Source of the DNA: Eukaryota sp. GEM-RC1
Lineage: Eukaryota
Direction: 5' to 3'
NCBI GenBank assembly: GCA_040285855.1
Contig: JAUFOQ010000017.1
Span: 1,488,001-1,552,000, forward strand
DNA length: 64,000 nucleotides
Below, piece by piece: positions 36,290-50,247 of this stretch. The notes below the pieces were generated by a model. It was not told where the DNA came from. It ran no database searches and saw only the letters and a list, made by a program, of their open reading frames with translations. The translations under genes were made by a program, and so were the position numbers. Positions within the stretch are counted from its first letter, which is position 1, and each line of letters starts with the position of its first letter.

Positions 36290-38395
36290 TTCGTCTGATT
36301 TGGTCTACAACTCGGCTAATCTTTCTTCACTAACAGGTGTTAAACAAGGTGATCCTCGTGGTCCTTTCTTCTTCTGCCTTGCTATTCACCCCATCCTCAA
36401 CTACCTTAAATCCAAATATCAGGATTTGGAAATTGTGGCTTATATGGATGACATTTCCTTTAATGCATTATTTGTCCTGATGGAAAATCAATTGTAATCT
36501 AACAAATAGAGAATTGTAGTTCTTTCTTTTGAATTGAGACATGAATATGAGATGATGTACTCTGCTCTGTTTATAATGGTGGTATTCTTATTTGTCCCCT
36601 GGAACTGATAATCCTTTAGTAAGACCGTGTTGTTGTTTTTCATTTTTGGATCCGAAAACTTTATCACAGTCCTTGCAAGTTCAAGCTTACCCTCTTGTGG
36701 ACATGTGAGAAGAATTAATGCCGGCAGAAAAGTGAATTTCGTCTGTTGAACTTCATTTCTATGGTTGATATTCTTATTTGTGTAAGAACTATTCTATTAA
36801 GAAATAGTTCTTGTACTGGCTATCGTAATTGTAAATAAAATGCGCTAGTTCATGTCCATACAAATACTTTAGATAGTTAAATACTAATAAAAGTAATTCT
36901 ACCAGTGTTAATCAATCCCAATCAAACTGAATCTAGCAATTATTTAATTAAACGGAAAGAACGTGACTGCAACTAGTGGTTATCCTCACTGTTGTAAGAT
37001 TAGAATAACAAACGACTGCGATTAGCTCTGTGGGCTGCAAAATTAGTAAATTATTCAAAGTGTACTTGCAGGAAAAATTTCTCGTCTCTTAAGCTCCCTT
37101 GCTCCTGAGTTATCGTATGATTTCTGTAGAGCTTTTAACAAAAATTCGCACTGACTTTCTTTCAATCCTTCTTCAAGGCAACTCCAACGTTTTAAATAAC
37201 CACACATTTCCCAGTGTACATCTTGGAGGCTTGGGATTTAAATCTTCTAAATGGTGGATTAAAGAAGCATTCATTGGTGGTGGATAGAAATTTGTATTCG
37301 AGTTTTGTTATCGATATCCACCAAGAATTTCTCTTCTTGAAAGTACTTGCAGCTTTTATCTTAATCATCTCCGAGGTGTAATAGGAAATCTTTCTCCTGA
37401 GTTATGGTCATCTTGCTTTCCTGTTGATATCAAAGAAAATCCATCTCGAATCATTCTGTCTTTAGAATTTGTTTTTAAGAAGCTACAAAATCATTTATTA
37501 AAATCTTTTGAAGTTGTAGATTTTACAGTTTGTCTTAGCTCGGGCTAAGGATAAAAAGCCAGTTTTCGCAAATTTTTTAATTGATTTAAAGGAGAGTTCT
37601 GCTGTGGCATTAATTAATCAAATTCCACAAGTATATGGCACATTATTAAATGATCATCAATGGACCACTACAATGAGACTGCGTTGCTATTTATGGACGT
37701 ACAATTTGCCAAATGATCTTCAATGTAGCTGTGGAAAACAATTAACGTCTTCTCATTTGTTAAGTTGTAAACGCTACATAACCTATAGAAGGTGTATACA
37801 TGAAGAGACCAAATACATTCTATGTGTAATTAAAAAATCAAAATTGAGTCATTTGTTGAACCACTTTTAAGACCTTGAGAACCAAATAATAATTGTAATG
37901 ACGAAAAACAGAAACAATTTTTTGGGAAACGGAGAGTAGATGTTGTTGTCCCTTCTTCTACAGACAAATTGTTTGTTGTCGATGTGGTGTCTGTGGATGT
38001 TTGTAAAAAGACATATTTAAAGAATGCTTACTCTGAAACTTCCCCTTTAAACTTTTCTGAACAAGCCAAACAGGATAAGTACAAGAAACCATTGATGGAT
38101 CTAAAACATGTAAAACATGTTGAATACGAATTATGCCCTTTGCTGTTTCAATCTTTTGAATTATTTCAACAATTTCGGAAAAATCGTAAAAAATAGGTGA
38201 ACAAACGTTTTTGATCATATGTATGTTGTGGGTGAATCGTATCGTTTTATTTTTAACACAATTCTCCTAATCATCTCCAATGCTTTATTAGCTGTGAGTT
38301 CCTTTTATGAGGACAAAGCTGTTGTAAGATTTGATAGCGACGAGTGTTGTTTTAATGATAAATTTTAGTTGTTTAGTCTACTACATCTAGAATAC
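36290..38395 (+). mobile_element. LINE family H remnants (RT fragment 36290..36460; thumb to 3' end 37070..38395)
   Basis: GVKQGDP..AYMDD; HLGGLGF; CSCG..HLLSC; DVVSVD. Confidence 0.8.
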
Positions 38396-38399
38396 ATTT

Positions 38400-40560
38400 A
38401 TTGGAAGCCAGCTTTCAAAAATATTTGTTAGTTTCTGCTGCAATTTTTTCAGACAAAACTGAAGATTAGTCCAACATCTTTCAGGTATTTCAGACACAGA
38501 TTCTGGGAAACAGTGAGACCAAACGTCAAAAGGTAATTTGATCAACGCTTCATTTAGGTATAGATGGGAGCCGGCTCAAAATTTGATCACGGCTCAGCCG
38601 CAGGCATTAGCCAGCCGGCTGCGGCTTACAACACATTTTAGCCAGCTCAAGCCGGCTGAAGCCGGCTCAGCCTCAGCGAGTTTTGTTTCGAGTATTTAGG
38701 CTGACTGCTTAAAAGTGTTATTGACTTGTTGGTTGATATATCAGTAAAATGATACAGAACCATTGTTAATGACAACTACACCGAGTATCAGAACGACACA
38801 ATACTGATGCCATTGATCAGTATTTTCCAGTTTTCACAGATTTTACATGTGACTTATTTTTGGGATTATCACTTATAAATTTGACGTTGATCAGTTAGTT
38901 GTTATTTGAGTCTGTGAAACAATGGTAACACCACTATGGAATTGGTTGTCTGCATAATATAAGAAAACAGTACAGTAGTATTTTTGAGAAGGAGCTTAAT
39001 TAGTTCAAAAGAAACCAAGTCGTTGGCAGAAGATCTCTGACAGACTTCCGGTTTTTTACTGTCTCCATCCATTTTAAATCGAAATAAAAGATGTAATAGA
39101 CATATAAAGTGTCAGAAATAGACACTGCGACAATGTACATTGAATGTATTATTGGTGCCCCCAAGAAAAACAGTAGGGCAATTATTCGGCACATATCAAC
39201 TATATTCACCAATTCTATTTTTGTTCGAACGTTGATAAACATTAGTAGCCCTAAACTGTTCTGATAAGCGCTGTAAATGATTATTTTCTATTTCTAAATT
39301 CATTATTCGTTCTGTATTAGCTCTGTTTTCAGAGAACTTTCTCTTTCACTTTTTTAATGCTAAATATTCGGCTTGAGCCGGCTAAAAATATTTTTAGCCA
39401 GCCGGCTTGCAGCTGGAAATATTTCTATTCTGGACCAGTCGGCTGGCTCGGCTAGCCGGCTAAGCCGGCTAAATTGAGCCGGCTCCCATCTCTACATTTA
39501 GGTCAGATAGATATTTACAAGAACTGGGGTTGATAAGTGAAATATCATTAGGAAATCGATTAACAAATTCAAAGATGAAATTTTTTCCACCGCCTAAAAA
39601 AGCAGATTTGCAAAGAATTGATGATTTGGTAAACCCAATACCACCAAAATGAGCAGAAGTAAACAAATGACTTCTAAGTATGGTTGAATCAACTTCTAAC
39701 AATGAAGCAAAAAAATTAATCCACAACTCGTAAAAGATCTACAAAAGTTCAGAGCGATTGAAGGAGTAGTAGATCTCAAAAGATGTGTGATTTTTCCGGA
39801 GTAGCAAATTTTTAAAATAAAAAACTTGATATGTTTTTCAATATCATATGAAGAAATTGTGTTGAGCTCTGAACCAATTTTGACCAAACAATTAGATAAT
39901 TCTTGAGAAATTTTAGGAACATTCCCAAGCCAACATCCTAGAAAACGAAAAGCGTCTTCAACATAATTGATAAATGGAATCGGAACTCCATTAATAAATA
40001 ATTCTTTTGTAGATCTACCAATTAATAAACATTTGTCTGGGTTCAGAGATAAACCCAATGTTTCATAATTATCAGCCACTTCCACTATCTTTTTTAACAA
40101 GTCAAGGGGACCAATAAAAGAATTATCATCCATATAGCCAACTATCTTAAGGTCTGGGTATTTTTTTAAAATACACAAAAGCGAATCATGAATAGCCAAA
40201 CAAAAGAAAAAGAACACCAAGAGGATCTCCTTGTTGAACACTAGACATAGATTTCAAGGAATATGAATCATAAATTAAATCGCTTGGTTTTCCATAAAAT
40301 AAATAAAAGTAGGACGTCAACTCAGGAAAGTCTTTTTCAATAGCAGCAAAAACAGATTTACGACTAACTGAATTAAACGCATTTTTGAAATCAAGATTAA
40401 AAACGAAATTATCATCATGTGAATTAAAAAACAAATCTGATGTTAAAGCAGCTACAGAAGCCCCGTCAATTGTCTTAATTCCAAATTGAAATGGAGACAA
40501 AAAGCGACTCGCTTTATCGACCACTCGATTAAACACAATTGTCGAATCTAAATACGGAAA
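38400..40560 (-). mobile_element. LINE family D, RT through thumb region, interrupted by a MITE
   Basis: FQFGIKTIDG, LDFKNAFNSV, VQQGDPLG, GYMDD, FRFLGCWLG, FGGIGF. Confidence 0.85.
38559..39494. mobile_element. hAT MITE with GCCGGCT subterminal repeats
   Basis: TIR TA(T/G)AGATGGGAGCCGGCTCAA; 8-bp TSD CATTTAGG at 38551..38558 and 39495..39502; empty site in the other inverted-repeat arm near 42080. Confidence 0.92.
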
Positions 40561-40712
40561 CACTTAAAATACGAAAAGTGTTAAATAATGGCGTATTCTC
40601 AGTTTATATTTTTTGAGATCACTGTAGAGAACTCAAAATAGAAATTTCAAGTCTCATAAATGACGGTCATTTGATCACGGACCAAATACTAATACCGACA
40701 TTAAACTAAAAG

Positions 40713-41820
40713 CTTTATTCGGTACCCAAAAAGGCAACCTTCCTACAAAACTATGAAATTGTAAAAACAAACAAATAAAACTAAGATTAAATCCAAACTA
40801 CTTCATCACCACCCGGTAAAAGATTACGTTTATCAACATTAACCTTCGTACCAAACTTGTACAATTTCTCGATTAATCGAGAAAAATAGAAAGGCATATT
40901 CCGATATATGGAAAACACTATACGGTTTTTCCATTCAGTCATTCTAAACTTACGCTTCTTTACTTTACACAGGTCTTCGAAATCCTTGAAAAATTGATCA
41001 CGAGCAGGACTAATAGATCCAAAAAGAGAAACAGCAAAAGGTTGAAACACAAATTTGGAATATGAGTTTCGATTTAATTCTACAACTTGAGAGTCATACT
41101 TGGAGTGTTTGAGCTTTTCAGCAGCTGTTAACGGATGAAAAGAAGAATCTAATATCCTACAAACACAAGATTTGTTACAAACATCTACTGTAGTAAAATC
41201 AATTAATGATCGACTCGATTTAAGCCACGGAGTATGGAGATCCCCCCTTTTTGATCAGTATATTCATTTTCTGAAAGATGATTCAAAACTGGTTCAACTT
41301 TAGAGTGAAAACCATGTGCTTTAAACATGGAATAGCAAGAATCACGTACACCATCATGAATTACTGCACGTAAATGAATAAAATATTCACAATTAATTAA
41401 ATGACGAAAAACACCATTAGCTCCACAAGAGCAAGTTGAATAGTTTAAAAAAAATGCAGGCCAAATAGCCAAACGAAGACGCATATTGATCATCCAAGCT
41501 TTATCAGATAGATGTAATCCAAACACCTTAGGAATTTGAGAAATAAATCCAGAAGGTCCACTATTACAAAGGTCAATTAAAAAAGCAGCGAACTCGGGAC
41601 TATTAGTAACAATCATTGCCATTAAAACTCACATCAGCTTTTTCTTCTTAAAAAACACTGAGAGCTAATAGAGCTTTAGAAATCATGATAGGAATTGTTT
41701 TAAATATTGTAAAAACAATACGATTCAACCAAAACTTGAAATTAAATTTCTTGTTCATTTTTTTGACAGCTTTCTCACAATCAGAGAGAAAACAAAGAGC
41801 ATCTCTACCAAGTCGACCGA
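40713..41820 (-). mobile_element. LINE family A 3' half (40713..41610) fused to a family B 3' fragment (41612..41820)
   Basis: Near-identical to 54440..55320 and to 61790..61940 respectively. Confidence 0.85.
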
Positions 41821-41849
41821 AACAATCTAATGATGAGCTCTAAACATAT

Positions 41850-41922
41850 GCTTCAATAGCGCAGTCGGTAGCGCGCATGACTCATAATCATGAGGCCGTG
41901 AGTTCGATCCTCACTTGAAGCA
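41850..41922 (+). tRNA. tRNA-Met(CAT), elongator type
   Basis: Acceptor GCTTCAA/TTGAAGC, anticodon arm CATGA-CTCATAA-TCATG, GTTCGATCC T-loop, T6 terminator. Confidence 0.93.
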
Positions 41923-41988
41923 TTTTTTCCACCATTTTTCCAAAACTGTATAAAGTTTTTGGGAATGTCACCATCAAGTAGCCAATTT

Positions 41989-43560
41989 GGGGGCGGGAAC
42001 AACTTCTTTTTGAATTTGTTAATCGATTTCCTAATGCTATTTCACTTATCAACCCCAGTTCTTGTAAATATCTATTTGACCTAAACGAAGCGTTGATCAA
42101 ATTACCTTTTAACGTTTGGTCTCACTGTTTCCCAGAATCTGTGTCTGAAATACCTGAAAGATGTTGGACTAATCTTCAGTTTTGTCTGAAAAAATTGCAG
42201 CAGAAACTAACAAATATTTTTGAAAGCTGGCTTCCAATAAATTTATTCTAGATGTAGTAGACTAAACAACTAAAATTTATCATTAAAACAACACTCGTCG
42301 CTATCAAATCTTACAACAGCTTTGTCCTCATAAAAGGAACTCACAGCTAATAAAGCATTGGAGATGATTAGGAGAATTGTGTTAAAAATAAAACGATACG
42401 ATTCACCCACAACATACATATGATCAAAAACGTTTGTTCATCCCATTTTTTACGATTTTTCCGAAATTGTTGAAATAATTCAAAAGATTGAAACAGCAAA
42501 GGGCATAATTCGTATTCAACATGTTTTACATGTTTTAGATCCATCAATGGTTTCTTGTACTTATCCTGTTTGGCTTGTTCAGAAAAGTCTAAAGGGGAAG
42601 TTTCAGAGTAAGCATTCTTTAAAGATGTCTTTTTACAAACATCCACAGACACCACATCGACAACAAACAATTTGTCTGTAGAAGAAGGGACAACAACATC
42701 TACTCTCCGTTTACCAAAAAATTGTTTCTGTTTTTCGTCATTACAATTATTATTTGGTTCTCAAGGTCTTAAAAGTGGTTCAACAAATGACTCAATTTTG
42801 ATTTTTTAATTACACATAGAATGTATTTGGTCTCTTCATGTATACACCTTCTATAGGTTATGTATCGTTTACAACTTAACAAATGAGAAGACGTTAATTG
42901 TTTTCCACAGCTACACTGAAGATCATTTGGCAAATTGTACGTCCATAAATAGCAACGAAGTCTCATTGTAGTGGTCCATTGATGATCATTTAATAACAAA
43001 CCGTATACTTGTGGAATTTGATTGATTAATGCCACAGCAGAACTCTCCTTTAAATCAATTAAAAAATTAGCGAAAGCTGGCTTTTTTTCCTTAGCGGATT
43101 GTAAAATCTAAACTTTCAAAATATTTTAATAAATGATTTTGTAGCTTTTTTAAAGCAAACTTTAAAGACAAAATGTTTCGACATGGAATTTCTTTGATAT
43201 CAACAGGAAAGCAAGTTGACCATAGCTCAAGAGAAAGATTTCCTATTACACCTCGGAGATGATTAAGATAAAAGCTGCAAGTACTTTCAAGAAGAGAAAT
43301 TCTTGGTGGATATCGATTACAAAACTCGAATACAAATTTCTATCCACCACCAATGAATGCTTCTTTAATCCACCATTTAGAAGATTTAAATCCCAAGCCT
43401 CCAAGATGTACACTGGGAAATGTGTGGTTATTTAAAACGTTGGAGTTGCCTTGAAGAAGGATTGAAAGAAAGTCAGTGCGAATTTTTGTTAAAAGCTCTA
43501 CAGAAATCATACGATAACTCAGGAGCAAGGGACCTTAAGAGACGAGAAATTTTTCCTGCA
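41989..43560. mobile_element. Tail-to-tail LINE chimera: family D fragment (+, 41989..42240) and family H (-, 42245..43560)
   Basis: Inverted copy of 37070..39598. Confidence 0.85.
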
Positions 43561-44351
43561 AGTACACTTTGAATAATTTACTAATTTTGCAGCCCACAGA
43601 GCTAATCGCAGTCGTTTGTTATTCTAATCTTACAACAGTGAGGATAACCACTAGTTGCAGTCGCGTTCTTTCCGTTTAATTAAATAATTACTAGATTCAG
43701 TTTGATTGGGATTGATTAACACTGGTAGAATTACTTTTATTAGTATTTAACTATCTAAAGTATTTGTATCGACATGAACTAGCGCATTTTATTTACAATT
43801 ACAATAGCCAGTGCAAGAATTATTTCTTAATAGAATAGTTCTTACACAAATAAGAATACCACCATTATTAACAGAGCAGAGTACATCATCTCATATTCAT
43901 GTCTCAATTCAAAAGAAAGAACTACAATTCTCTATTTGTTAGATTACAATTGATTTTCCATCAGGACAAAACGCAAGATACACTTGTTCTAATTGGTCTT
44001 CATTAGTGAGTCATTTGAGGGTTTTCTTGAACAATTGAACTCCCTCACTGTAAGGTGTAGATTGTAAATACAGTATCGTTAGAAAGTCATAGTCATAGTC
44101 TGTAGTTACTGAGTGAATCCGTAGTTATCTGAATTCAAAGAGGATTTCTGGAAAGTGTAACTACTCCAATCAAAAAAGATAATCAAACTTAATAATTTTG
44201 AACAAAACTTTAAAAAATGTAATGGGTAAGATTTAATATGGAACTTGGCAGAGATACATCTGACGGGCATTGTGTGTAACATTTGAATATTTATATGAAT
44301 ATAGACCAGAATGGATGTTGAAAATCGAAACTCCACGTGCGTTGATTCAAT

Positions 44352-46071
44352 TCAGAAATATTTACAAAATCGACGTAAAAGAGGATTAATCGAGGAAGTT
44401 ACTAAAATTAATTCCTTTTGGTAAAATTCTGAACATATTTCAAAATCGGTTTCATGGTCAAACTCCAGTGGTTTCAAGGAAGAAAACCTATCAAAATCAA
44501 GTCGTGAATGAATAATTGCATCATGAGTGACCTCTAAAGCACGTTTGTGAGAGTCAATAGGAAACTTTGAAGAGTAATCAACAATTGATTGAGTTAAGAC
44601 CAACAGGAAAAAGAGCGATTCTGAATTTACCAATTTAGTGCAAGATAACAACAGAGGACGATTATTTGCCAACTCTGCACAAATTTCTAAATTTTTGGAA
44701 AAATTCATCGACATTATTGCTATTCCATGTGCTATGATTTCAATAACTTCAATACACACCTGAATTTCGGCAAAATTTGAATTATTTTCATTTTCAATGA
44801 CAGTTTTTACATTTACAGACGTAATATCAATGTCACCCAAATAAAATCTAACTAGCAAATTTAATTTTTCAATTAACTTGATCAAGTTTTTTGCTTCTAA
44901 GGAACCCAAATTAGAAGCACAATTTAATAACAAATGCAAGCACGCTGTTGAATGGAATACTAAAGTCCTGGAGACAGCTATTAAATCATCATTAGAAGGC
45001 AAATTGGTTGCCATCAACTTTAAGATTAAATAAATTAATGCATTTACAAGCCTTGAGCCGATGGTAGACGACTTTTGGAAAAAACTGTGGGGTAGCATTG
45101 AATCTTGACAAATACATAAAAGAGCAGATAAGGAAGCCACCAAGACTCGTGGAGAATCAAAAGGATTTGGAACATTTAATATTTGAATTATACCTGTAAT
45201 TAAAACATCGATATTTAAACGAGATGACAAAAACTCTAAAAACTCTGGAAATAGACCAGTAATTGAAAACAATAACAGACTGAAATGTGAAGTAACAACA
45301 GGGTTGGCAGAATTTAAGGACAATTTGTCACATAAAAGAATCAAAAACTCATAGATGAATGAAAATTTGGAGGATACAATTTTAAAATTTTCACTGGAAG
45401 GAGAATTTGGTGTTTGCTTTAGAGAAATATTGAATTTCTGTTGAAAAAGCAAAGGGAACCGAACCATTAACACCAATAAAAAAGATTTGAAATTTCATGT
45501 CACATAAATCAAGGTCAAGATCAGAAATAGAGGAGAGCAGATCAGACAATTGATCAGTCATGTCGGAAGGGTAAGCCAATGGAGAGACAAAAAGATGGTA
45601 ATCAATTAGAATTGAAAGAAGAATAGACCAGGACTCCGGTGGTGGTAAATTGTTCATGAAAACCTTAAAACAAACTATAACAAAAGTATCAAGGTCAGAG
45701 AGAGACGAGAAATCAGGGTGAGAAATGCAGCTATTGAAAAGAATTGAGGAGAGAAAACAATGACCAAGAACACTAGTGTCGTCAGCCGCATCATCATCTG
45801 GAAATTTGACTAACAGAGAAGCCGTAGACGTCAGCAGTTCCGACAAGTGAATAGAACGATGAAGAATGTCAGTGTAAGGTCGCACCAGCAGTTCGAAGTC
45901 TTCAGACTCCAATGATGATTGAATGGACTGTTTTGAAAGGAGAAGTTTTGACCCAAACTCTGACACCAAAGAATGAAAATCTTCAGGAATAGGAGAGAAA
46001 GAGGTCAAAGAATCAAGCAGTATTCGAGATTCCTTCAGAATAGAAGAAGGAGAAGATGAAGAGGCTCCCAT
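44352..46071 (-). CDS. Dymeclin-like protein, one homopolymer frameshift (A6 at 45478..45483)
   Basis: MGASSS myristoylation start; HSTACLHLLLNCAS, IEVIEII..KNLEICAELANNRPLL and FSSLKPLEFDHE..EFY resemble dymeclin C-terminal motifs. Confidence 0.6.
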
Positions 46072-46691
46072 AATCTACAGTAGGTGAAGAGGAAATCCTA
46101 GACAAAACAATGACTGTTTCCCAAAATGAAACACAACAAATACACTCATATTGATTTCTAAGTTGAGCCACCCCATTGATGAGACTTGTTGGTGTCAGAA
46201 AATAAGGAATTCGATGTTTATAAATCTGAATATATATAAAGAACTACTCTAAAACATTTGGCTAACATTGAGGAACACCATCAAATCTGTCAATTGATAT
46301 CGTACTTTATATCCAAATTGTTTCAAAAACTGATTATGATTCGGAGTTGAAACACGTGATCTGTTTCTGTGTTGTTGTAATTTGTTTGTAGATTATTCTT
46401 GTTTCATAAGAAGATCAGCTTCGCCCTACTATCTGCTTCCACCAACACTAAATCTTTCTGCTTAGAAAATAATTTATAATCACCCTCAATTTACGAACAG
46501 GAAAAAATAACGTTACGTGCGGTACCTTGTAGAACAATTTATAATCTCTCTAGAGTTATATAAGAATATTGCAATATTCGCAAACCACAATATATTTATT
46601 GCATTATTGAAAACGAACAATATATATTGTAATATATTTTTCGGCATACCTGTAATTGACATAACAAATCAAGGATGTTAAACTCAGGGAT

Positions 46692-48890
46692 GTATTAAAA
46701 TTTGCTCTTAAGAAACTCCAAAAACACCTTTTAGAACATTTTGAATGTCTGAGTTTTAAAATTCGACTCGCCTCGGCCAAAGAAAAATCCAGAGTCCGCC
46801 AATTTTTAATCGATTTGAAGGACAGTTCTTCAGTTGCTTTGATCAACCAAATTCCTCAAACTTATGGATTGTTGTTGAATGATCATCAATGGACTACAAC
46901 ATTTAGACTTCGATGTTTCTTGTGGCCCTCTAATTTACCTAATGATCTTCAATGTAAATGTGGTAAATTAGTTACTGTTTCTCACCTTTTGAGTGGCAAT
47001 TGTTTCATTACTTATAGGACTTGCATTCATGATGCTGTCAGAGATCAAATTCATACCATGTGTAAGTCCTACAAAATCGAATCTTTCGTAGAGCCACTGT
47101 TGAGATCACTGGAAATCATACTTTTCAATTACTGGGTTTTTGGGTCAGGAATTCTCGGAATTACGATTACTTCTGGAATTCGTACACCTACCGGAGATTT
47201 TCTGTGAAAAAACGAACTTTCGATTCTGACTTCGATTCAAACAATTTCTGCAAAGTGACAAAACAAACCATATGCATATGGCAATCCTTCTCAGACATGT
47301 AGCACAAGTTCAAAATTTTGGTTCAGTACTTCGACTGCAAAACGAGTTAATTTTATACACAAATACTCAATGTTGATAACACTTTTATGTTTAAGACAAT
47401 ATAATGGTAACCCACGTACCTTACGAGTACCGACCAGAACGTCTAGTTCTAAAAGGGGCGAAGCAGAGGTGGCTTTAAAAAGTCCCTTGGCAGAGGTTCT
47501 GACAAAATTAGGAGTGTCTCAATGTTCTTGAAAAATGTACTTTCGATGTTTCGTTCAAAAACGTAAATTGATGTAAAAATTGTGAAGTGTCGCTGTCAAA
47601 CAGTCTTTTGGTTCTAACCAGTCTCGACGACGTAAAACGAAACCGTATGCATGATCTTGACTTGGTCCCGTTTGTTAAGTTTTATCCTGGGAATTGAAGA
47701 TGTTTTGTTTAAGGAATTCCTCGAATTCCGGTAGTTCTGGCGTTACAAAATAGACCTTCAGGAATTTCAAGAATTCCTACAATTACGATTACTTGAAATT
47801 AGTAATTGAAAACTATGCTTGAAGACAATAGTTTAAAAATAGTGATTCTGATAAGACTTTTGGTAAAAGTAGAGCTGATGTCATAATCCATCAGTCAATG
47901 ATGAACTAACGGTTGTTGATGTGATTACTGTGGAGGTGACTTACATGGTCCTTTTATTGATTCTAGTCAAATTATCCTTGATGTTACAACAGTAGATCCA
48001 TGTGCTCAAACTTAAGTAAATGGCTTATATTCAAAAGGTTTCAATCACCTAGAAACAGCTGAAAAACGTAAAATTGATTTGTATTCCAAAGATGTTGCTA
48101 AAATCAATCAAAATGTATATTAAAAATTTATATATTTTTCATTTGCTATTTCTATTTTTGGTAGTACTGGTGAAATGGCTTCTCAGTTTTTAACTGATTT
48201 TGCATCTATGTGTAAGTCTCAGAATAAGAGATTTAACTTGTCAATTTGCATAACCGGTTGATTTTACCTTTGTTCCGTTCGTTGCCTTGGTTTTTTAAAT
48301 CAATTTTAACAAAGTTGTATAAAAGAGGTAGTACTGTTGACCAGGAATTTTCTGTGCCCAGTCTTTCATAGCTCATATTATGATATGTATTTTTGTGACA
48401 TTCATCGATACACCTTTATAAAGCGACAACAATTCTTGGGAAATTTTAGAAACATTCCCAAGCCAACATCCTAGAAAACGAAAAGCGTTTTCACCATAAT
48501 TAATACTAGTAAATGGAATCTGGAAAAAATAAATATATAAAATAAAGTAAAATAAATAAATACATAATTCTTCTGTAGATCTACCAATTAATAAACGTTT
48601 GTCTGGGTGCAGTGATAAACCTAATGTTTCACAAATATCAGCCACTTCCACAGCGACCGTTTTTAACAAATCAAGAAAGCCAAACCAATAATAGAAATAT
48701 CATCCATATAGCCAACTATCTTAAGGTCTGGGTATTTTTGTAAATACACAAAAGCGAATCATGAATAGCCAAACAGAAGAAAAGAGGACCAAGAGGATCT
48801 CACTCTTTAACACCAGACATAGATTTCAATGAGTATGAATCATAAATTAAATCGCTTCGTTTTCCGTGAAACAAAGGTAGTTGAACTCAG
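46692..48890. mobile_element. LINE patchwork: family B (+, 46692..47935), another family's 3' end (+, 47935..48370), family D (-, 48425..48890)
   Basis: QIPQTYGLLL..CKCG..HDAVRD; DVTTVDP..AEKRK; FRFLGCWLG, GYMD. Confidence 0.8.
47117..47817. mobile_element. hAT-type MITE inserted in LINE family B
   Basis: TIR CATA(C/G)TTTTCAATTACT; degenerate TSD CTGGAAAT/CTTGAAGA versus empty-site CTTGAAAT near 2270. Confidence 0.75.
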
Positions 48891-50025
48891 GCCCTCTCAT
48901 AAACTAATACAAAATAATTTGAAATTTGAACATCAAAAAATGCCGAAAATAAATGGAAAATAAATATAATTAAAACAAAATAAAACCCAAATAAAAACAA
49001 AATATTATATTAGTACATTTTCTCTCAGTCATATCGATGAATACACAATCCATTTGATCCCTTTCTAACGTTAGTCGAAAAAATATATTAGTTGACTTGC
49101 TGCTTCGTAAAAGTGCTTTAACTGTGTCGTCATTTCATAGAGATTTGTGGATCTTCAATATTAGTTCAAAATTCGGCATCGTGGACGACCTTGAGAATCG
49201 TTCACTAATCATATGCCCGAATATAGTCATTGGATTGGCTTAGAACACAGGTAAAGGCTCATCTGCATCAGTTGGGTTGGACATTGAAATTGGCCAAAGT
49301 TTGAACGAAAATGTCGACTTTGATTTTTGGCTGATGAGTGAGAAGTCTTGATTTATTGCCAGCAGCTGGTTAACCAATATAGTTACTGTCTCAATTGACA
49401 ATACGCCATAATATTGCAATGTATATCAACAGTTGATCCCAACTTTAGAAAAACGGCGTTCGAACAACTCTTCTCTACGGTGCTTGTCATGATTGATTGA
49501 ACTAAGATGGTAACGTAACGAATGAAGAATGGATCGTGTTTCATACTTGTACATCTAGTAGGAGTACAGTAGAGATATTGGCAATATCAATATATTTATT
49601 GCGGTTTTGACAACAACAGTTTTTTTTAACATTTCTGTTACTTCTCCAGTCAGTTATCATCATTGGGATTGTTTATCTCATCACAGATTCTGCCTTTATG
49701 GTGTGTTTTCCTGCTTCATTACTATATTCCTCGCAAAAATGATAGAAAAAGGTGGCGTATCAGAGAATTGAGAAAACACTACTTATCAAGTAGAATCAAA
49801 AGGAATGGTGTTTTGTTCATCTGACAATTTCTAGTTGGATTCAGATCTGATACCGTTAGACCCTTCGAGCAAATATGGGAACGCCTTTTCTCATTACGAT
49901 AGGTTAACATTTCAGCACCTAGGTCTGATTACATTGAAGCATTACAAAATATTATACAAAATACAAAAATTGTTTATTTCCATTACTGCGGTGACACATT
50001 TTGTAGCAATCATTGCAAAGCAGAT

Positions 50026-50098
50026 GCTTCAATAGCGCAGTCGGTAGCGCGCATGACTCATAATCATGAGGCCGTGAGTTCGATCCTCACTTGAAGCA
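50026..50098 (+). tRNA. tRNA-Met(CAT), identical to 41850..41922
   Basis: Same 73-nt cloverleaf, T6 terminator. Confidence 0.93.
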
Positions 50099-50247
50099 TT
50101 TTTTCCACCACTGTTTCCAAAACTGTATAAAGTTTTTAAGCCAATTTGGCGGCGGGAACAACTTTTTATGAATTTGTTAATCAATTTCCTAATGATATTT
50201 CACTTATCAACCCAGTTCTTGTAAATATCTATTTGACCTAAACGAAG

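Larger units (their letters stand above)
36471..43970. repeat. Large inverted duplication: arms about 36471..39598 (including a MITE) and 41989..43970
   Basis: Mirror ORFs 37099/43340, 37604/42769, 37969/42368 near-identical on opposite strands. Confidence 0.9.

Noticed and set aside
48889..50020. Possible decayed hAT transposase on the minus strand
   Set aside because: Only faint TRxTS and ERFS-like remnants; no matching termini found
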